Shown here: positions 51,906 through 56,327 of the stretch, piece by piece
How the letters are laid out: the number at the start of each line of letters is the position of its first letter
Position numbering within the stretch: the first letter of the stretch is position 1
Assembly (NCBI GenBank): GCA_964469335.1
Contig: CAYXYK010000005.1
Location: 1 to 56,327, forward strand
Source of the DNA: an uncultured Candidatus Saccharibacteria bacterium
GTDB taxonomy: Bacteria > Patescibacteriota > Minisyncoccia > Phycocordibacterales > UBA6899
DNA: 56,327 nucleotides
Direction of reading: 5' to 3'
The notes under the pieces: model-generated
Databases searched by the model: none
Seen by the model: only the letters and a program-made list of their open reading frames with translations
Told to the model about the DNA's origin: nothing
Position numbers and translations under genes: made by a program

Positions 51906-54043
51906 CAATGTTTAGGCCACGGGGCGATGATAAGGGACTCATGTCGATCAGGGAGCGATTGCCAGATCTCTTCGGTGATGAACGGCATGAAGGGATGAAG
52001 GATGACCACGCTTCGCTCTAATAGAGTATACAACATTAGCTGTGCCGAGCGCTTATCAGTTTCATCGCTCGAAGTGAGACGTGCCTTATTTTCCTCGAGG
52101 ATCTTGTCGGCGAAGGTGTTCCATACATAGTGGTAGATCTTTTCTGCCGCGAGATAGAAACGGTAGTTTTCCATGTCTGTCGTGATGTCTTTCGTCATTT
52201 CGTCGAGTTCATTCACTATCGCTCGGTCGTTCTCATTCAACGTCGCTTTCTTGATGCTCCCCATGTCGTCATATGTAGAAGAGAGTACAAAGCGGGTGAT
52301 ATTCCAAAGTTTATTTGCGAAGAGCTTGTATGCTTTGATCTTGTCTTCACGAAGGGCGAGGTCGGACCCCGGTGTATTTCCGATGATGAGTCCCATGCGG
52401 AGCGCATCTGTTCCGTATTTTTCCGTCAGGTCGAGTGGATTCACCACATTGCCTTTGCTCTTGCTCATCTTCTTTCCCTGAGCGTCGTTCACAAGTCCAT
52501 GGAGGTACACAGTGTGGAACGGTGCCTTTTTTGTCAGGTAGAGACTAAAGATGATCATGCGCGGTACCCAGATGAATATAAGATCGTGCCCTGTCTCCAT
52601 GACATCGGTGGGGAAGTATGTCGAGAAATCCTTTCCATCTGGGTACCCAGTCGTCAGAAGTGGCCATTGTCCCGAAGAGAACCAGGTGTCGAACGTATCA
52701 GTATCTTTACGCATCGGCTTCTTGCATGTAGGGCAGGATGGAGCAGCGTCGCCGACGGAAGCGGCGTCAGTATTACACTCATCACAGAGCCATGCGGGTA
52801 TCGGTATCCCCCAGACGATTTGCCTCGACACATTCCAGTCGATAGTGTTCTCCATCCAGTGGCGGAATATCTTCTCGTAGTTATCTGGGATGAATCGCAC
52901 CTCTCCTTTATCAACAGACGCAAGTGCCATTTCTGCGAGAGGTTTCATTTTTACGAACCATTGGTCTTTCACTTGGGGCTCGATTGCAGCATTGCATTTA
53001 TAGCACCGTTTCACTGCGTTGGTATATTTTTCGTCGGTTTTTACCAGTAGTCCTTTTGCGTTCAGTTTTTCGACAATTTTCTCTCTCGCTTCTTTGATGT
53101 TCACCCCGGCGAACTCTCCAGCAATAGGCAAGAGCTTCCCACGCCAGTCGATGATCTGCTCGACATCGAGGTTGTGTCTCTTCGCTATCTCAAAGTCAAT
53201 TTGTGAATGCCATGGAGTGATCGTCATGACTCCTGAGCCGAATTCCATTTCTACTGCACTGTCTTTGATGACAGTGGCAGTGATAGGGCCATTGATCCAC
53301 TCAAGGTCGATTTTCTGTCCATGTGAATATTCCGCATAACGTTTATCATCAGGATGCATCACGACATACTTATCACCAAACTTGGTTTCGGGGCGCACGG
53401 TTCCGATAGTGAATGGTCCGTATTTGAAATAGTAGAAGGGCGTGACTTCTTCGACACTCACTGTCTCAAGCTCAGAAAGGGAAGTTTGGTGTTTGGGACA
53501 CCAATTGATCGTACGTTTTCCTCTGTATGCAAGCCCATCAGTGTGCATCTTTACGAAAGTATCCTGAACCTTAGTAACGATTTCTGGTTCGAGTGTAAAG
53601 CGTTCACGTGACCAATCACACGATGCACCGAGTTGTTTGACCTGGGCTTCCATGTTTGCCTTGTTCATGATGGTGAAGTCATAGATCTCTTTGTAGAGAT
53701 CTTTCGGGTCCATTCCGAAACGTGAACGACCTTCTTTTTCTAGTTTCTTTTCGTAGACGACTTGTGTTTCGAATCCCGCGTGGTCAGCTCCAGGGATCCA
53801 CAGCGCGCGGTATCCTTGCATGCGCTTAAAACGAGTCATGATGTCTTCGAGAGTTATGAACAGTGCATGTCCGGCGTGAAGGTTCCCGTTTGCATTCGGT
53901 GGAGGCATGACGATCGTGAATGGCTTCTTCTCTGAGTTCTCTGGCAGGTTGTCTGGATTGAAATAGCCTGAATCAAGCCAGAATTGGTAGATCCGGTTTT
54001 CGGTATCTCCAGGTTTGTATGGGGATAAAAACTTTTCGTGCAT
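51905..54043 (-). CDS. valS: Valine--tRNA ligase (short form)
   Basis: MPPPNANGNLHAGHA, DHAGFETQ, LG.SCDWSRERFTL, DWNVSRQIVWG, DTWFSS and KMSKSKGN motifs. Confidence 0.97.
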   Translation of the reverse strand: MHEKFLSPYKPGDTENRIYQFWLDSGYFNPDNLPENSEKKPFTIVMPPPNANGNLHAGHALFITLEDIMTRFKRMQGYRALWIPGADHAGFETQVVYEKKLEKEGRSRFGMDPKDLYKEIYDFTIMNKANMEAQVKQLGASCDWSRERFTLEPEIVTKVQDTFVKMHTDGLAYRGKRTINWCPKHQTSLSELETVSVEEVTPFYYFKYGPFTIGTVRPETKFGDKYVVMHPDDKRYAEYSHGQKIDLEWINGPITATVIKDSAVEMEFGSGVMTITPWHSQIDFEIAKRHNLDVEQIIDWRGKLLPIAGEFAGVNIKEAREKIVEKLNAKGLLVKTDEKYTNAVKRCYKCNAAIEPQVKDQWFVKMKPLAEMALASVDKGEVRFIPDNYEKIFRHWMENTIDWNVSRQIVWGIPIPAWLCDECNTDAASVGDAAPSCPTCKKPMRKDTDTFDTWFSSGQWPLLTTGYPDGKDFSTYFPTDVMETGHDLIFIWVPRMIIFSLYLTKKAPFHTVYLHGLVNDAQGKKMSKSKGNVVNPLDLTEKYGTDALRMGLIIGNTPGSDLALREDKIKAYKLFANKLWNITRFVLSSTYDDMGSIKKATLNENDRAIVNELDEMTKDITTDMENYRFYLAAEKIYHYVWNTFADKILEENKARLTSSDETDKRSAQLMLYTLLERSVVILHPFMPFITEEIWQSLPDRHESLIIAPWPKH

Positions 54044-54159
54044 ACTGCGAATTGTAGCATTTTTTCTGCCTTTATGAAGATGCGGTGTTACCTCGGTATT
54101 CGATGTCCTTTATAGATTTGGCTTAACAGCATTACCGTTGAGAAAATTATAAAGGACAC

Positions 54160-54189
54160 TTTAAAGGACATGAAGAAATGTCCTTTAAA
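54160..54189. promoter_or_regulatory. 12-6-12 perfect inverted repeat (operator-like or recombination-site-like)
   Basis: TTTAAAGGACAT-gaagaa-ATGTCCTTTAAA, with an extra direct half-site TAAAGGACA at 54150. Confidence 0.45.
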
Positions 54190-54423
54190 TGGCTTGGTTG
54201 AGCGGCTACACGATAAACCACATATTGACTATTTGTAAAGTTTTGGTAGTATGATCAGTGAATTCACTTGTAGTTCTCTTCGTCAGAAACAATCGCAAGC
54301 CTCATTGTTTTTCCGTGGTTCATGCTCTCTCAATTTCTTTGGAGTGCATGATTTATTTACGCAAAAATTATTTTTAGCAGTCAATTATCAGCATCTCTCT
54401 CGTTATTAATCATCGCAAAAATT

Positions 54424-56327
54424 ATGAAAACCAACATCTTCACTTCGGTCAATAAAAAAGGTTTCGGTCACACAGTACTCGGGGTATTCCTGATGCTTTC
54501 ACTCGTGCTCCAGAACGCGGCATATGTACAATATGCTTTCGCAAACACCACCGAGGAAAGCTCGTCAGCAGTAGAGACGAGCATTGTCGTGGCGTCGAAC
54601 GATACTTCTACTGAAGAGCATGTGTCGCTTCAGACTGAAGAAAAGCATGACTCTGATGAGCACTCGAACGAGGGTGAGCGCGGAGAGAAGGAGGCGGTGC
54701 GACATGATGATGCCGACAGCGAAGAGCGTGGGGAAAAGCATGATGAAGAGCATGCTTCATCCCTCGGCGAGCATCATGATAGCGATGAAGACAACAACAA
54801 CGACGATGAGAACCATCACGTCGGAACGATCAAGGACATCTTCCACGGCATGAACGGTGCAAAGCCTGCCGTCACCATCGTTGCGCAAAAGGTCGTCTGT
54901 TCAGACGAATCGAAGCTTCCGAATTGGGGGCTCGGCGGTCCGGATATCACCGCACAAACTGCGACAGATTATGTCGCGTCGCACCCTGGCTGCGTCCTCA
55001 CTCCTGACTGGAAGTTCCAGTGGGGATTCTCCGGAGTGAAGGATCTCGGTGGCAGCTTCATCGGTGAAGCAGACGGATCGAAGGGAATCGGCTCGAACAC
55101 CGGTAGTGGACTTTCGGACTGGAAGACATTCGGTCCGAGTGATGCTAGCGGGGTTGCGACTGTGAAGGTATACGACCTTCAGGGTTCACCGAAGATATGG
55201 GTGCGCGAAGTCATGAAGGACGGCTATGTCCCGTTCAGCTATGACCCTGCACATCCGGTCAACGACAATCCGGTAAGCGCGGAGATGTACTGCAACTCTG
55301 ACGTACTCAATTATGATAACTATGACTTCATTGCGAATCCTTCACTTGGAGCAACCTACCACTGTGTTGCCTTCAATGCTGCGAAATCGGTAGTCCCTCC
55401 TCCTGTTGTGGTCAGCGCAAGCTGTCCTTTCACCGCGGCGACCGGTACCTATGTCGTCAATTATGGTACTGCTCGCAGCATCATCTCCAGCGGCAGTCAT
55501 GCTGATGCCAATGTCACCAAAGACATCAATATCCCAGTAGGTACCTATGAGGTATCGCTCTTCTCATATGATACTTCGGCGACTCGAAGCACTGAAACCC
55601 AGCCGAATGAGAAGTGGTACCTCCGGATTCATAATGGAACGACGCTGATCTCGACCTCAAGTGCGATCGGAGATCTTGCGGATAATGTCACCGAAGCATC
55701 GCGCACACAGTATGTCGGTGATGTCGTACTCAGTACCCCCGCCACGATGGTCATGGCGAAACACGCTGCTTGGCCTGACACCTCTTCGACGAACGCGCTC
55801 TATCCCGTATGTGCACAGCTCAAACTGAAGACCACTCCGGTCAACCAGGCTCCGGTTATCACTGTTGTCGGTGAGAACCCGCTCACGATCGTTCAGAATA
55901 CTGTCTTCACTGACCCAGGAGCGACCGCATTCGATCTCGAAGACGGAACCATCACTCCTGTAGCGACAGGCACTGTAAACTCATCAGTCATCGGTTCATA
56001 CGTCATTACGTACACCGCCACTGACTCGAAGGGCGCCACAGCGACCCCGAAGACGCGCACCGTGAACGTCGTGCCGCAGGGAGGCGGTTGCACCTCGAAC
56101 TGCACTGCGACTAACACCGCTCCGGTCATTACCGTCATTGGTCTGAACCCGCTCACGATCGTTCAGAATACTGTCTTCATTGACCCAGGAGCGACCGCAT
56201 TCGATCTCGAAGACGGAACCATCACTCCTGTCGCAACTGGGACCGTGAATACTGCTGCAACCGGCACATATATCATTACGTACACCGCCACTGACTCGAA
56301 GGGCGCCACAGCGACCCCGAAGACGCG
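54424..56327 (+). CDS. Large secreted surface protein with DUF5011/HYR-like Ig repeats (3' end runs off the window)
   Basis: Frame open from ATG 54424 to the window end; N-terminal TM/signal; His/Asp/Glu-rich linker; APVITVVGENP...F.DPGATAFD.EDG...Y.ITYTATDSKG repeats; missing from the ORF track because no stop is present. Confidence 0.88.
   Translation, partial: MKTNIFTSVNKKGFGHTVLGVFLMLSLVLQNAAYVQYAFANTTEESSSAVETSIVVASNDTSTEEHVSLQTEEKHDSDEHSNEGERGEKEAVRHDDADSEERGEKHDEEHASSLGEHHDSDEDNNNDDENHHVGTIKDIFHGMNGAKPAVTIVAQKVVCSDESKLPNWGLGGPDITAQTATDYVASHPGCVLTPDWKFQWGFSGVKDLGGSFIGEADGSKGIGSNTGSGLSDWKTFGPSDASGVATVKVYDLQGSPKIWVREVMKDGYVPFSYDPAHPVNDNPVSAEMYCNSDVLNYDNYDFIANPSLGATYHCVAFNAAKSVVPPPVVVSASCPFTAATGTYVVNYGTARSIISSGSHADANVTKDINIPVGTYEVSLFSYDTSATRSTETQPNEKWYLRIHNGTTLISTSSAIGDLADNVTEASRTQYVGDVVLSTPATMVMAKHAAWPDTSSTNALYPVCAQLKLKTTPVNQAPVITVVGENPLTIVQNTVFTDPGATAFDLEDGTITPVATGTVNSSVIGSYVITYTATDSKGATATPKTRTVNVVPQGGGCTSNCTATNTAPVITVIGLNPLTIVQNTVFIDPGATAFDLEDGTITPVATGTVNTAATGTYIITYTATDSKGATATPKT
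55849..56327 (+). repeat. Intragenic tandem repeat, 270-nt period
   Basis: Units start at 55849 and 56119 with long identical stretches. Confidence 0.9.

Noticed and set aside
52130-53050. 306-aa plus-strand ORF
   Set aside because: Antisense to valS.
54044-54120. T-box leader upstream of valS
   Set aside because: The -10 box lies 7 nt from the ATG (leaderless), and there is no T-box consensus or terminator.
54245-54423. Known riboswitch in the surface-protein leader
   Set aside because: Hairpins are present, but I recognise no conserved aptamer motif; an Rfam scan would be needed.
1-56327. Alternative genetic code (TGA = Gly, code 25)
   Set aside because: Conserved genes (glgP, sppA, valS, EEP) end at TGA at the expected C-termini, and long genes have no in-frame TGA.

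Overview
A 56 kb bacterial chromosome segment, about 50-55% GC by eye and read in code 11. Gene content (htpX, lepA, murJ, a short valS-prsW-hsp20 operon, class II nrdJ, glgP, FIST, SppA, DUF192, DUF805, a DUF5011-repeat surface protein) and the scarcity of SD motifs before core genes suggest Patescibacteria/Parcubacteria (CPR). This placement is an inference. RNA genes are tRNA-Ser(GGA), tRNA-Gly(CCC), tRNA-Arg(CCT), tRNA-Phe(GAA) and RNase P RNA. I found no integrase, transposase or CRISPR array. Three non-standard features stand out. (1) A ~14.5 kb accessory tract between nrdJ and rnpB is built largely from same-strand cassettes (terminator, TTGAC-16/17-TAnnnT promoter, strong SD, orphan gene); neighbouring cassettes share near-identical junctions, including a perfect 36-bp direct repeat. 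(2) All four tRNAs and three protein genes (nrdJ, lepA, glgP) are followed by a hairpin element and then an inverted copy of their own 3' end, so the outer inverted arms are locus-specific. (3) At least three dispersed structured repeat families show compensatory base changes. Core genes look largely leaderless (-10 box 6-7 nt before ATG), while accessory genes carry strong SD sites.
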